From an uncultured Collinsella sp. (GTDB lineage Bacteria > Actinomycetota > Coriobacteriia > Coriobacteriales > Coriobacteriaceae), in contig CAUFMB010000005.1 in the NCBI GenBank assembly GCA_959026535.1, positions 348-64,347 of the forward strand: a stretch of 64,000 nucleotides of DNA, given 5' to 3'. The notes below the pieces were generated by a model. The model searched no databases. It had not been told where the DNA came from and saw nothing but the letters and a program-made list of their open reading frames with translations. This document shows, piece by piece, positions 28,116-38,042 of the stretch (positions are counted from its first letter, which is position 1; every line of letters starts with the position of its first letter). Made by a program: the position numbers and the translations under genes.

Positions 28116-28285
28116 CGGCACATTGGCTCAAACGGCGGGCTCTCGCTGACTTTTGCTCAACCTGCGGCGTTTCCTTTTTGGTGCAATGGGGTCAAGTTGG
28201 CTTGCGCCATACCGGTAGTTCTGTCTGCGACACTCTCGCCAAAGTGATCTCAGACATACACCTAGTGTTTTCGACGCTCCGCTTA

Positions 28286-28468
28286 TTAGAGCCAGTCCGT
28301 CTCCTCGTCGTAGCGGTCCGAATAGGCGTTACGCTTGAGTTCTTCATCGCTCGTTGGTCGCGCCTTGGACACGTCGACCCCTGAATCGCGGCAAGCAGTG
28401 GCGAACAGCTGCGAACCCTGATCGATAAGCTCAATCTTGCGCTCGGCCTTCATGTCTTCGGCCTGCAT
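28286..28468 (-). CDS. 60-aa acidic hypothetical protein, start codon abutting the aminopeptidase stop (TAAATG)
   Basis: MQAEDMKAERKIELIDQGSQLFATACRDSGVDVSKARPTSDEELKRNAYSDRYDEETDWL. Genome-typical G/C third positions. No family recognised. Confidence 0.45.
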   Translation of the reverse strand: MQAEDMKAERKIELIDQGSQLFATACRDSGVDVSKARPTSDEELKRNAYSDRYDEETDWL

Positions 28469-29854
28469 TTACAGCCCCACGCTTTCGGCTCCGTTGATGG
28501 TTAGGTTGCGCTCGTAGAAGGCCGTGAGGGCGCGGATGGCGTACATCACGTCGCGTACGCCGCCGGTCTCGTAGCTCGAATGCATGGCCAGCTGCGGCAG
28601 GCCCACGTCTACGGCATGCATGCTCGCCTGCATATTGGACAGATTGCCCAGGGTGGAGCCACCCGCCATATCGCTCTTGTTGGCGAAGGCCTGCGTGGGC
28701 ACGTCGGCGTCGTCGCAAATAGCCTGGAACACCGCGCGGCTAAAGGCATCGGTGCAGTAGTGCTGGTTGGCGGCTTCCTTGATGACGATGCCGCCGTTGA
28801 GCACAACCTGGTTGCGCGCATCGCACTTCTCGGCGTGGTTGGGGTGCACGGCATGCGCGTTGTCGCAGCTCACGAGCATCGATGCGGCAAGGGCGCGATG
28901 GTACGACTCGTCGTCAAAGCCCAGCGATCCGTTAATGCGGCGCAGCGCGTCGGCTAAGAACGTCGACATGGCGCCCTGCTTGGTCTCGGAGCCAACCTCC
29001 TCGTTATCAAAGCAACAGAAGACCGAAACGTCGTGCGCGTTCTCGGCGCCCAAAAATGCCTGTAGCGAGGTATAGGCGCAGGCCAGGTCGTCAAGCTTGG
29101 GCGTCGAGATAAACTCGTCGGCCCAGCCCCAGATGCGTGCATCCTGACGATTGACCAGGAACAGGTCGCGACCCAGGATCTGCTCGGGCTCAACATCCAG
29201 CTCTTCGGCGATCAGGGCATCGAAGTCACCCGGCTTAAGCTCGCCGGCGCTGATGAGCGGACACAGGTCAACGGCTCGGTTGGGCGCAAAGCCCTCGTTA
29301 ACGCCGCGGTTCATGTGGATGGCGAGGCTCGGGATAATAGCGACCTCGCGCTCGGTGGCAAGCAGGCGGCTCTCAATACGGTCGCCCTCGCGCACCAGCA
29401 CGCGACCGGCCAGCGCCAGCGGGCGATCGAACCAGGTGTAGTCGATCATGCCGCCGTAGGCCTCGGTGTTCAGGCGCAGCGTCTCGCCTGCGCCGTCGAG
29501 CTCGGGCACGGCCTTAACCTTAAACGTCGGAGAATCGCTGTGCGACGCCGTGAGCTGGAAATGATAGTCGCCGGCAACGCCGTCCTCGCCCCACGTCGCG
29601 GCAAGGTCCTCGCCCACCTTAAAGGCAACAACGCTCGAGGTGTTGCGCTGCGTGTAATAGCGACCGCCCGGCTCGATGTCCCACGCCGCGTTCTCGGGCA
29701 GGTAGGTAAAGCCCGCCTCGTCGAGCTCGGCCATAATGGTCGCCGCCGTATGGAACATGCTGGGGCATGCCTCGATAAAGTCGATAAGGTCGTTGGCGGC
29801 CTCGATATCGTCGGCAGTCACGTGCACGCGCTCGGGCGTTTCCTGATCCGTCAT
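28469..29854 (-). CDS. M18 family aminopeptidase (aspartyl aminopeptidase-like)
   Basis: SHSDSPTFKVK, CFDNEEVGS, GGSTLGN, AMHSSYE. Start set at MTDQETP; the track ORF extends to 29965. Confidence 0.85.
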   Translation of the reverse strand: MTDQETPERVHVTADDIEAANDLIDFIEACPSMFHTAATIMAELDEAGFTYLPENAAWDIEPGGRYYTQRNTSSVVAFKVGEDLAATWGEDGVAGDYHFQLTASHSDSPTFKVKAVPELDGAGETLRLNTEAYGGMIDYTWFDRPLALAGRVLVREGDRIESRLLATEREVAIIPSLAIHMNRGVNEGFAPNRAVDLCPLISAGELKPGDFDALIAEELDVEPEQILGRDLFLVNRQDARIWGWADEFISTPKLDDLACAYTSLQAFLGAENAHDVSVFCCFDNEEVGSETKQGAMSTFLADALRRINGSLGFDDESYHRALAASMLVSCDNAHAVHPNHAEKCDARNQVVLNGGIVIKEAANQHYCTDAFSRAVFQAICDDADVPTQAFANKSDMAGGSTLGNLSNMQASMHAVDVGLPQLAMHSSYETGGVRDVMYAIRALTAFYERNLTINGAESVGL

Positions 29855-30015
29855 GCTCTCCCCTTTCGCTGGGTTGATGGTCCCCTCCAGCATACCCCGC
29901 CGCGCCAGCGCCGCGCCTTTCATTCCATGTTTAATCCCGCGCCGCTCGCCAAGTTGAGCCATCATGCCCGTGCACCTTTTGCGACAATTACGTTAACAGG
30001 ACGAGAGGAGCCGTC

Positions 30016-31101
30016 ATGAAGCCACGTAACATTGCCATCGCCTGCGGTGTTGCAGGAACCGCCGTCGGCCTTGCCGCTGCCGCCGGCATCGTTTACCGCA
30101 AGCAAATCAAGTCCGCCGCGTCGCTCAAGCGCTTGACCGACTATGCGGATGGCTATGACCTGTATGCAATCGACGTCGCCTACGACTACGACCTCGACCG
30201 CATCATCGCCGCTGGCGTGCGCGACGATCAGGCCTACATCGATGCTGTGGTGGCGCAGGTGTTGCCCGGCGTGCCGGCACATGTCCAGGCGCCCCAGTTT
30301 GCCTGCAGCGCCTTTGCCGCCGTAGATGCCGAAGGCCGCGTGCGCACCGGTCGCAATTACGACTTTAAGGACGACACCTCGGCGCTGCTGGTGCGCAATC
30401 ACCCGCGCGACGGCTATGCCTCCATCGGCTTTGCGGCCCTTAACAACCTGGGCGATAACACTCCGCTTGACTCCGTCGCCGGACGCGCCGCCGCGCTCAT
30501 GGGCCCGTTTGCCCAGCTCGACGGTGTTAACGAATGCGGCGTGTCCATTGCCGTACTCACCCTGGATTCCAAGCCCTGTGACCAGGACACGCAACGCCCC
30601 GTCATCAACACTTCGCTCGCCATCCGCCTTGTGCTCGACCGCGCGGCTACCACGCAGGAGGCCGTAGACCTGCTTTCCGCCTACGACATGCACGCCATGG
30701 CCGGACGCGATTATCACTTCTTTATCAACGACGCCGCCGGTGACGCGCGCGTAGTAGAGTGGGATCCGCACGATCCGGACCGCGCTTTCAAAGCGACTCC
30801 CGTACGCCAGGTTACGAACTTCTACGCCTGCTATGGTGACGAAGTGCTGCCCAACCAAAAGAATGGCGAGCTGGGCCATGGTAAAGAGCGCGCCGTCGCC
30901 ATCGCCGATGTCCTCGACGCCCATGCCGGCGCCCAAGACGAGGCAGTCGCTTGGAAAGCCCTACGCGCTGCGGCGCAAGAGCCCAATCCGGAAGACATCA
31001 CCAGCAACACGCAATGGTCGGTCGTCTTTGACAATACCGAGCCCGCTGCTGCCATCACGCTGCGCCGTCACTGGGGCGACGTCGACGCCTTCGCGCTTTA
31101 A
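30016..31101 (+). CDS. Membrane-anchored Ntn-hydrolase (peptidase C45 / linear amide C-N hydrolase-like)
   Basis: N-terminal TM helix. Candidate nucleophile in QFACSAF after a pro-region. GRNYDF motif. Confidence 0.65.
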   Translation: MKPRNIAIACGVAGTAVGLAAAAGIVYRKQIKSAASLKRLTDYADGYDLYAIDVAYDYDLDRIIAAGVRDDQAYIDAVVAQVLPGVPAHVQAPQFACSAFAAVDAEGRVRTGRNYDFKDDTSALLVRNHPRDGYASIGFAALNNLGDNTPLDSVAGRAAALMGPFAQLDGVNECGVSIAVLTLDSKPCDQDTQRPVINTSLAIRLVLDRAATTQEAVDLLSAYDMHAMAGRDYHFFINDAAGDARVVEWDPHDPDRAFKATPVRQVTNFYACYGDEVLPNQKNGELGHGKERAVAIADVLDAHAGAQDEAVAWKALRAAAQEPNPEDITSNTQWSVVFDNTEPAAAITLRRHWGDVDAFAL

Positions 31102-31241
31102 GGAGCCAGGCCCATCGACCTTACGCTCGCCTGACGTTACTTACATTTCTATACATCTGAGCTAACACGTTTTACCTCCGCATCAACAGTGTGCGGGGGT
31201 AAACTTATGCGCATGTTATAACTTGCCCGGAAGGATTCATC

Positions 31242-32321
31242 ATGCTTAGGATTGGTCTTCTTACTAGTGGCGGCGACTGCCAAGCGCTCAACGCCACCAT
31301 GCGCGGCATCGTCAAAACGCTCATGACCAATAGCGAAGAACCTATCGAGATCTACGGTTTTGAGGACGGCTACCAAGGCCTTATCTACAGCAGGTTCCGC
31401 GTCATGACGCCCGCCGATTATAGCGGCATCCTCACCCGCGGCGGCACCATCCTTGGCACGAGCCGCACGCCGTTCAAGCGTCTGGACACTCCCGAGGCCG
31501 ACGGCGTCGAGAAGGTGCCGGCGATGGTCCACACCTATCACAAGCTGCAGCTCGACTGCCTGTTTATGCTGGGCGGCAACGGCTCCACCAAGACCGCCAA
31601 CCGCCTGCGCGAAGAGGGCCTCAACGTTATCGCTCTGCCCAAGACCATCGATAACGACACCTGGGGCACCGAGATGACGTTTGGCTTTACGAGCGCCATC
31701 GACGTCGCCACCAAGTGCATCGACGACATCCACACCACCGCTTCGAGCCACGGCCGCGTGTTCGTCATCGAGATCATGGGCCACAAGGTTGGCTGGATCC
31801 CGCTGTACGCCGGCGTCGCGGGCGGTGCGGACGTCATCCTGATCCCCGAGATCCCCTACGACATGGACCAGGTTATCAAGACCATCGAGCATCGCATGGA
31901 GACCGGCAGCCGCTTTACCATCGTGGCCGTCGCCGAGGGCGCCATCTCTAAGGAGGACGCGGCGCTGTCCAAGAAGGAGTACAAGAAGAAGCTCGCCGAG
32001 CGCACGAGCCCGTCGATCGTCTACGACATCGCCAAGGAGATCGAGGCCAAGACCGGTCGCGAGACCCGTGTCGCTATCCCCGGTCACACGCAGCGCGGCG
32101 GCCAGCCCGACGCTCAGGACCGCATCTTTGCGACCCAGTGCGGCGTCGAGGCCGCGCTTGGCTGCCTGCGCGGCGAGTTTGGCTACATGATTGCCCTGCG
32201 TGACGGCAAGATGTGTCACATGCCGCTCGAGGATGTTGCCGGCAAGCTCAAGTATGTCGACCCCCAGAGCGATCTGGTGCGCGAGGCCAAGGCGTTGGGC
32301 ATCAGCTTCGGCGACGAATAG
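31242..32321 (+). CDS. pfkA: ATP-dependent 6-phosphofructokinase
   Basis: IGLLTSGGDCQALNATMRGIV, MLGGNGS, PKTIDND, GHTQRGG. Confidence 0.9.
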   Translation: MLRIGLLTSGGDCQALNATMRGIVKTLMTNSEEPIEIYGFEDGYQGLIYSRFRVMTPADYSGILTRGGTILGTSRTPFKRLDTPEADGVEKVPAMVHTYHKLQLDCLFMLGGNGSTKTANRLREEGLNVIALPKTIDNDTWGTEMTFGFTSAIDVATKCIDDIHTTASSHGRVFVIEIMGHKVGWIPLYAGVAGGADVILIPEIPYDMDQVIKTIEHRMETGSRFTIVAVAEGAISKEDAALSKKEYKKKLAERTSPSIVYDIAKEIEAKTGRETRVAIPGHTQRGGQPDAQDRIFATQCGVEAALGCLRGEFGYMIALRDGKMCHMPLEDVAGKLKYVDPQSDLVREAKALGISFGDE

Positions 32322-32349
32322 CCTCGGCTGGAACTGCCCCCATCGGAGG

Positions 32350-32460
32350 CCCCAGGGCTTACTTCCCAAATCTTTCCGCAGGACGGAAGGACCCCGCCGC
32401 GCGAAGCGCACGGCGGGGTCCTGACATGTCCGAGGACGATTTGGGAGGTATGCCCTGGGG
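32350..32460 (+). repeat. Long-hairpin repeat, copy A
   Basis: Outer stem CCCCAGGGC..TTCCCAAATC / GATTTGGGAGG..GCCCTGGGG. Conserved loop halves TTTCCGCAGGACGG and CATGTCCGAGGAC. Inner stem AGGACCCCGCCG/CGGCGGGGTCCT. Starts 28 nt after the pfkA stop. Confidence 0.8.
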
Positions 32461-32529
32461 TCTCCTGCGGCAACTGGGGAGGCTGAGGCTATTCGTCTTC
32501 TTGCTGCGGGCGCCTAGGGTGGGGTGTGG

Positions 32530-32733
32530 CGTGCATTTTTGGGAGTATTCAGCAGCCGAGGATGCCTGCATACTGGATTTTGGGCGAAAGGCAGGCACCA
32601 TGGGCCGCATCCTGTAAAAAACGAGCGGCTCTAGAGGCGTTGGGACTCAGAATCGGGGCTTTCAGCGCGGTTTTGTGCACCCGCCCCCGCGCCCGCGGAC
32701 CCCGGGATGCTGAATACTCCGGAATTTGCACGG
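32530..32733. repeat. About 200-bp element bounded by imperfect ~25-bp inverted repeats
   Basis: GTGCATTTTTGGGAGTATTCAGCA (left) against TGCTGAATACTCCGGAATTTGCAC (right). Confidence 0.55.
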
Positions 32734-32861
32734 CGCCCCCTGGGGTACCTGTGGGCAAAAAGCAACCGCCCCGTCAAAGTATGCATTTGGCGGAGCGGTT
32801 TATGCAAAAATACTGCTGCGGGCGCGTCGGCAGCTCGCTAGAACTTGAATCCCAGGACAGG

Positions 32862-35639
32862 TTACTCGGCGCTCTTGAGGGCGCCGACCATGTCGATCTT
32901 ATTGAGAGTTCGGTTGGTGGCGAGGTTGACGATGATCGTAAAGCCGAAGGAAAGCACCACGGCAAGCACGTAGCTCAGCGGCTCGACTTCGACGTCAAAG
33001 TACAGCGACGGCATCTGCAGGATGTACGTAAAACTCTCGGCCAGCAAGCCGCCTAGCGGTACGCCCAGTGCGGCGCCAATCGCCGTGAGGATCAACGTCT
33101 CCTTGTTGACGTAGTGGTGCACCTCGCCGCGACGGAAGCCCAACACCTTAATGGTCGCCAGCTCGCGCTCGCGCTCGGAGATATTCGTGTTGGACAGCGT
33201 AAACACCACCACAAACGACAGGCACGCCGCCATAAAGGTCACGAGCACCACGACCGAATTGATAATCGTAAAGTTCGCCTCATAGTTTTCCCAATGCTCG
33301 GCCGTACTCGAAATCGTAAGCCAACCGTCACTCTTAAGATTCTTGCTAAACGCAATCTGGTCGGCCGACGAACCCTTGAGCAGTACAAAGATGCCGTTAA
33401 GACGCGCGCTTCGGCCGAACGTGCGCTCATAGGTGCCCTGCGTCATGTAAAGCGTGTTGCCCAGATAGTTAAGCGAAATGTCGCTGACTTTGACCTTGGC
33501 AACATTGAGCGACGAATCCTGGACGTGAGCCGTATCGCCCGGCTGAATCCCCAGCACCAGCTGTGAACTTTTGCTCAGATACACGTCTCCGTCACGCAAA
33601 GGCAGCGGTTCTTTGGACTCATCCTCCAGACGCACGTAATCGCCCAAGTCACTCGTGCGGTCATCGGGCACCACGATCAGCTGCACAGTCTCGCTCTTGC
33701 CGCCAAATGTAAAGGTGACGTTGTCGGTCATAATCGGCAGCGTCGAAGTCACGGTCACGTTGGAATCATTGGACGCGCTGCGCCCATCCAATGCCGCGCA
33801 CGTCTGTGAAAAATCGTCGGGATTGGCGACCGCCAGCAGATCGTAGCGCGTGACGTGGCCGTACTGCTTGGGCGACAGCGCGACCGACGTATCACGAATG
33901 CCCATGCCGCAAATTACAAGCGCTGTGCAGCCCGCGATGCCAAAGATGGTCATAAAGGCGCGCTTTTTGTAGCGGAATAGGTTGCGTGCAGCGACCTTGT
34001 TTAAGAAGCCCATGCGGCGCCAGATAAAGCCGATATGCTCGAGCAGAATGCGCGAGCCGGCGCGCGGGGCCTTGGGACGCATGAGCGAGGCTGGGGTCTC
34101 GGCCATCTCGTGGCGGCAGGCGATAATCGTAGCGCCCACCACGCCCACGGCAAACAGCGCCACCGACACGAGTGAAGACACGATATCGTACGAAAGCAGC
34201 ATCTGGGGCAGCGAGTACATGTCGTCGAACACCGTAAACAGGAACAGCGGCAGGCCCACAAATCCGATGATGTTGCCGAGCACGCCGCCGATCAGACACG
34301 CCCACAGCGAGTAGTCCACGTATTTGGACAGAATACGCCCACGTGAATAGCCGAGCGCCTTGTACAGGCCAATAAGCGTGCGCTCCTCCTCGACCATGCG
34401 CGTAGCGGTGGTAAGGCTGATGAGCACGGCGACGATAAAGAAGATAAACGGGAACACCGTGGCGATGGCCTCAATTGACGAGCTATCGCTTTCCACGCTC
34501 GAGTAGCTTGCGATATTGCCGCGGTCCTGGATGTACCACGTACATTCGCCTAGATCGGAAAGCTCGGCGCGGGCATCGGCGAATTGTTGGTTGGCGGCGG
34601 CGCGGCGCTGGTCCAACTCGGCCTGAGCTTGGACGCGCTCCTCGCTGCCCTCGGCCATACGGTCGATGTTGCCCTGTTCAATCCCAAAGAGCATATTCGC
34701 CTGGCGTTCGGCCGCATCTAAGCTTGCCGGCGTGTCAACCGTCAACTCCTGAGCACGTGCCTTCTCACGCTCCTCGCGGATCTTCTCGATATTGCCCTTG
34801 ACCTCGTTGATCTTTGTCGTGTAGGCGTCCGAATAGGAGCTGAGGCTCTTGGCTCCCTCGACGATCACGTGGACCGAGGAGTAGGAAGAAGATGTCGCGG
34901 CGTCCTCGTTCACATAGAACTTATAGTCCGCAGCCGAAGCAGCGCGAAAGGCGTTGACTGTCGAGTCGGAGCTCACGTCGGTGGGATCGAGGACCTCGGC
35001 CGTAATGGTGTAATCGCCCGCGGCAAACTGGTCCTTGGCACTTTGGTTCGACGAGCTCGCGTCATTGGCGGCAAAACTCACCGTATCGCCGAGCTTTTTG
35101 CCCGAAGCCTTCAGGAACTTCGAAGTCACCGCGACCTCATCGGCGCTCTCGGGCAAATCGCCGTTCACGAGCACCGGCTGATCGATGTTCTCCTTGGAGA
35201 GACTTTGCACGACCACGCGCTCGCGCGCTGTGCCCACGGCGGTGTAGGCGGTCTCGGTGTAGATACCCTCGGCCGTCTCGACGCCGTCGACCTCTTGGAT
35301 AGCCGCAAGATCGTCGCGCGTAAGGCCATAGGTCGACTGCACGTTAATGTCATAGACATTCTGCTGGTCAAAATAGGCGTCGACCGAATCGCGCAAATCT
35401 TCGCAGCCTGCCTTAAGACCGCACATCACGCTCACGCCAAGCGCGGTGATGATCACGATAGATAAGAAGCGCTTAAGACTGCCGCGGATTGTACGGTAGA
35501 TGCCACGGCGAAAAACCGTCGGCACCATATCGTTTGAGCTCTGAGCGGTGCGGTAGGTCGCAAACTCCCGGTCGCGACCCGCGCGCTCCGTATCGTGGTT
35601 TTGGCTGTTTTGGCGGTCCTGGTCCATGGGCGCTACCAC
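32862..35639 (-). CDS. ABC transporter permease with two FtsX/MacB-type domains and large extracytoplasmic regions
   Basis: 925 aa. Repeated 4-TM FtsX-like blocks. Overlaps the upstream ATPase gene. Confidence 0.85.
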   Translation of the reverse strand: MVAPMDQDRQNSQNHDTERAGRDREFATYRTAQSSNDMVPTVFRRGIYRTIRGSLKRFLSIVIITALGVSVMCGLKAGCEDLRDSVDAYFDQQNVYDINVQSTYGLTRDDLAAIQEVDGVETAEGIYTETAYTAVGTARERVVVQSLSKENIDQPVLVNGDLPESADEVAVTSKFLKASGKKLGDTVSFAANDASSSNQSAKDQFAAGDYTITAEVLDPTDVSSDSTVNAFRAASAADYKFYVNEDAATSSSYSSVHVIVEGAKSLSSYSDAYTTKINEVKGNIEKIREEREKARAQELTVDTPASLDAAERQANMLFGIEQGNIDRMAEGSEERVQAQAELDQRRAAANQQFADARAELSDLGECTWYIQDRGNIASYSSVESDSSSIEAIATVFPFIFFIVAVLISLTTATRMVEEERTLIGLYKALGYSRGRILSKYVDYSLWACLIGGVLGNIIGFVGLPLFLFTVFDDMYSLPQMLLSYDIVSSLVSVALFAVGVVGATIIACRHEMAETPASLMRPKAPRAGSRILLEHIGFIWRRMGFLNKVAARNLFRYKKRAFMTIFGIAGCTALVICGMGIRDTSVALSPKQYGHVTRYDLLAVANPDDFSQTCAALDGRSASNDSNVTVTSTLPIMTDNVTFTFGGKSETVQLIVVPDDRTSDLGDYVRLEDESKEPLPLRDGDVYLSKSSQLVLGIQPGDTAHVQDSSLNVAKVKVSDISLNYLGNTLYMTQGTYERTFGRSARLNGIFVLLKGSSADQIAFSKNLKSDGWLTISSTAEHWENYEANFTIINSVVVLVTFMAACLSFVVVFTLSNTNISERERELATIKVLGFRRGEVHHYVNKETLILTAIGAALGVPLGGLLAESFTYILQMPSLYFDVEVEPLSYVLAVVLSFGFTIIVNLATNRTLNKIDMVGALKSAE

Positions 35640-36334
35640 TCGATCGTCTCGATAGGCACGGGATTTTGCTGGACCGTCTCGCTCTCCACGCGACCACTCT
35701 TAAAGCGGATCAGGCGATCGGCCATGGGCGCGAGCGCGGAGTTGTGCGTGATGATAATGACCGTAATGCCCTGCTTGCGGCAGGTATCCTGCAGCAGCTG
35801 CAAGATCTGCTTGCCGGTTTTATAGTCGAGCGCGCCCGTGGGCTCGTCGCATAAAAGAAGCTTGGGGTTCTTGGCCAGTGCGCGGGCAATGGACACGCGC
35901 TGCTGCTCGCCGCCCGAAAGCTGCGCGGGGAAGTTGGCGAGGCGCTCGCCCAGGCCAACCTGGCGAAGCGTCTGTTCGGCATCGAGCGAATCGGGGCAGA
36001 TCTGAGCTGCAAGCTCAACGTTTTCGAGCGCCGTCAGGTTGGGAACCAGATTGTAGAACTGGAAGACAAAGCCGACGTCGGCACGGCGGTATTCCACGAG
36101 CTGCGCCTCGTTGGCGGAGCTCACGTCGCGCCCATCCACCGTCACGGTGCCGGAGGTTACCGTATCCATGCCGCCCAGGATGTTGAGCGCCGTGGTCTTG
36201 CCGGCACCCGAGGCGCCCAGGATAATGGCGAGCTCACCGCGCTCAACGGTAAAGCTCGCGCCGTCGAGCGCATGAATGCGGGCATCGCCCTCGCCGTACG
36301 CCTTGATGACGTCTTTGAATTCGATATAAGCCAT
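35633..36334 (-). CDS. ABC transporter ATP-binding protein (MacB/LolD-like)
   Basis: [35 protein letters not shown]. Confidence 0.95.
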   Translation of the reverse strand: MAYIEFKDVIKAYGEGDARIHALDGASFTVERGELAIILGASGAGKTTALNILGGMDTVTSGTVTVDGRDVSSANEAQLVEYRRADVGFVFQFYNLVPNLTALENVELAAQICPDSLDAEQTLRQVGLGERLANFPAQLSGGEQQRVSIARALAKNPKLLLCDEPTGALDYKTGKQILQLLQDTCRKQGITVIIITHNSALAPMADRLIRFKSGRVESETVQQNPVPIETIEW

Positions 36335-36383
36335 CGATTAATTCCCATCTGGTCGGATAACTCTTTAGTATTACCCATTTCGC

Positions 36384-36423
36384 ACCGACCAAAAAGGGAC
36401 AGGTTTATTTTGGCAGGTTTTAT
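36384..36423 (-). repeat. Copy 3 of the 40-nt upstream element (minus strand)
   Basis: Reverse complement reads ATAAAACCTGCCAAAATAAACCTGTCCCTTTTTGGTCGGT. 49 nt upstream of the ABC ATPase start. Confidence 0.85.
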
Positions 36424-36605
36424 ATGGGGAAACGACAGCCATAGATTAGGAGCCGGGGAGGCAGAGAAATCATCGACGGCGTCAGGCCGACCGCCAAACA
36501 CAACGCGCGTATCTCTATCTGTCAGCCGAATTATTCGAACAGCTGTTCGTTTCTATGATATGATTCCACTATCTAAGCAGGCCAATACGCAGAAAGGCGG
36601 CCAAC

Positions 36606-37244
36606 ATGGCGTTCGACTTTAAGAAGGAATGCAAGGAGCTCTACAAACCTGCAAGCAAGCCGAGTATCGTAACTGTCCCGCCTATGAGCTACGTTGCCGT
36701 TCGCGGAAAGGGCGACCCAAATACCGAAGGTGGCGAGTATCAAAACGCCCTGCCACTGCTTTACGGCATCGCCTATACCGTCAAGATGTCGAAGAAAGGC
36801 TCAAGGAGTATCGAGGGCTATTTCGACTTTGTAGTACCGCCGCTCGAGGGATTCTGGTGGCAAGACTCCCCGAGCGGCGACATCGATTATGTACGCAAGG
36901 ACGATTTCAACTTTATCTCGTGCATCCGCCTGCCCGATTTCGTCAGCCGAGATGATTTTGACTGGGCAGTCGCGGAAGCCACGACCAAAAAGAAACTGGA
37001 CTTTTCTGCCGTCGAGCTGCTTAAAGTTGACGAGGGTCTCTGCGTTCAATGCATGCATACCGGACCCTATGACAGCGAGCCGGCAACCGTAGACGCTATG
37101 TATGAATACGCGACCGAGCAGGGCTATTCCCCCGACTTCTCAGACACCCGCTTACATCACGAAATCTATCTCTCCGATCCGCGCAAATGTGCACCGGAGA
37201 AACTTAAGACTGTGGTTCGTCATCCTATCAAGCGCGCTGAATAG
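36606..37244 (+). CDS. GyrI-like small-molecule-binding domain protein
   Basis: MAFDFKKECKELYKP..VTVPPMSYVAVRGKGDPN...FEGFWWQ typical of the family. Visibly lower GC than its surroundings. Confidence 0.7.
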   Translation: MAFDFKKECKELYKPASKPSIVTVPPMSYVAVRGKGDPNTEGGEYQNALPLLYGIAYTVKMSKKGSRSIEGYFDFVVPPLEGFWWQDSPSGDIDYVRKDDFNFISCIRLPDFVSRDDFDWAVAEATTKKKLDFSAVELLKVDEGLCVQCMHTGPYDSEPATVDAMYEYATEQGYSPDFSDTRLHHEIYLSDPRKCAPEKLKTVVRHPIKRAE

Positions 37245-37415
37245 CATGGAGCGTCATTTCACGCGCTAGGTTTTAAGCCAGCCAACCAGCCGCCTCCTAG
37301 ACCGTCCGGTAATTATCTTGACGCGGCCCGTCGCATCTTATAAGTTTGTTTTGCTAAAGCTGGAAAGCCTCTCAACGATGCGCAACTCCAGCCCTTTTTC
37401 TATCAAGAGGCTTAA

Positions 37416-37765
37416 ATGAAATACCGGAAGTCGCGGATATCCATCAACGAACAGATAGCACTATTGACAGAAAACAAGGGTCTTAAGTGCTCTGATCAAA
37501 ACGAACTCGAGCGAGCTTTGGTCGAAGTCGGCCACTACAAACTGTCGGCCTACTGGTTTCCCTGCAAAACCAAATGCAAGTCCGGGATTACCATCTTTCG
37601 CGAAGGCACAACATTCGAAACCATCATCTACACGTATGAATTTGACCGAGCCCTCCGGCAGTTAATGTTTGATGCGGTCGACAGAATTGAGATCTACCTC
37701 AGAAGCAGAATTGCCTATCTTGCCTCTGAGGAACGCGGGCCTTTCTGTTACCCAGATGTCGCCAT
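37416..37765 (+). pseudogene. 5' fragment (about 115 codons) of an Abi_2 (AbiD/AbiF-like abortive-infection) gene
   Basis: NEQIALLTENKGLKCSD..LERALVEVGHYKLSAYWFP...YEFDRALRQLMFDAVDRIEIYLRSRIAY matches the Abi_2 N-terminal pattern. After ...ERGPFCYPD the 463-aa track ORF becomes GC-rich nonsense. Confidence 0.55.
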
Positions 37766-37771
37766 AACGAG

Positions 37772-37978
37772 GCTCAACTCGGCATGCCCATCGCGCTTTG
37801 CGCCGCGCTGGGATACGCCGCCGTCTTTGGCAGCGCCACCAATACGCTGCTCGCGCCGATCCTTATTGGCTGCGAAGTCTTCGGCTTTGGCGACTTGCCG
37901 AAGTTCTTTATTGTCTGCGTCGTGGCTTACCTGTTCAACATGGATAAGTCGATCTACGCCCTGCAAAAGCGGGCGTAG
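37772..37978 (+). pseudogene. 3' stump (about 65 codons) of a ClC-type chloride channel gene
   Basis: LGMPIALCAALGYAAVFGSATNTLLAPILIGCEVFGFG resembles the last ClC helices. No N-terminal part or RBS is present. Confidence 0.5.
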
Positions 37979-38042
37979 ATGGATGTCCAAGCAGGTGGTC
38001 TCAACCGGAAACGGCGTCTTGGCTATGCAAAGTGCTCGAACG

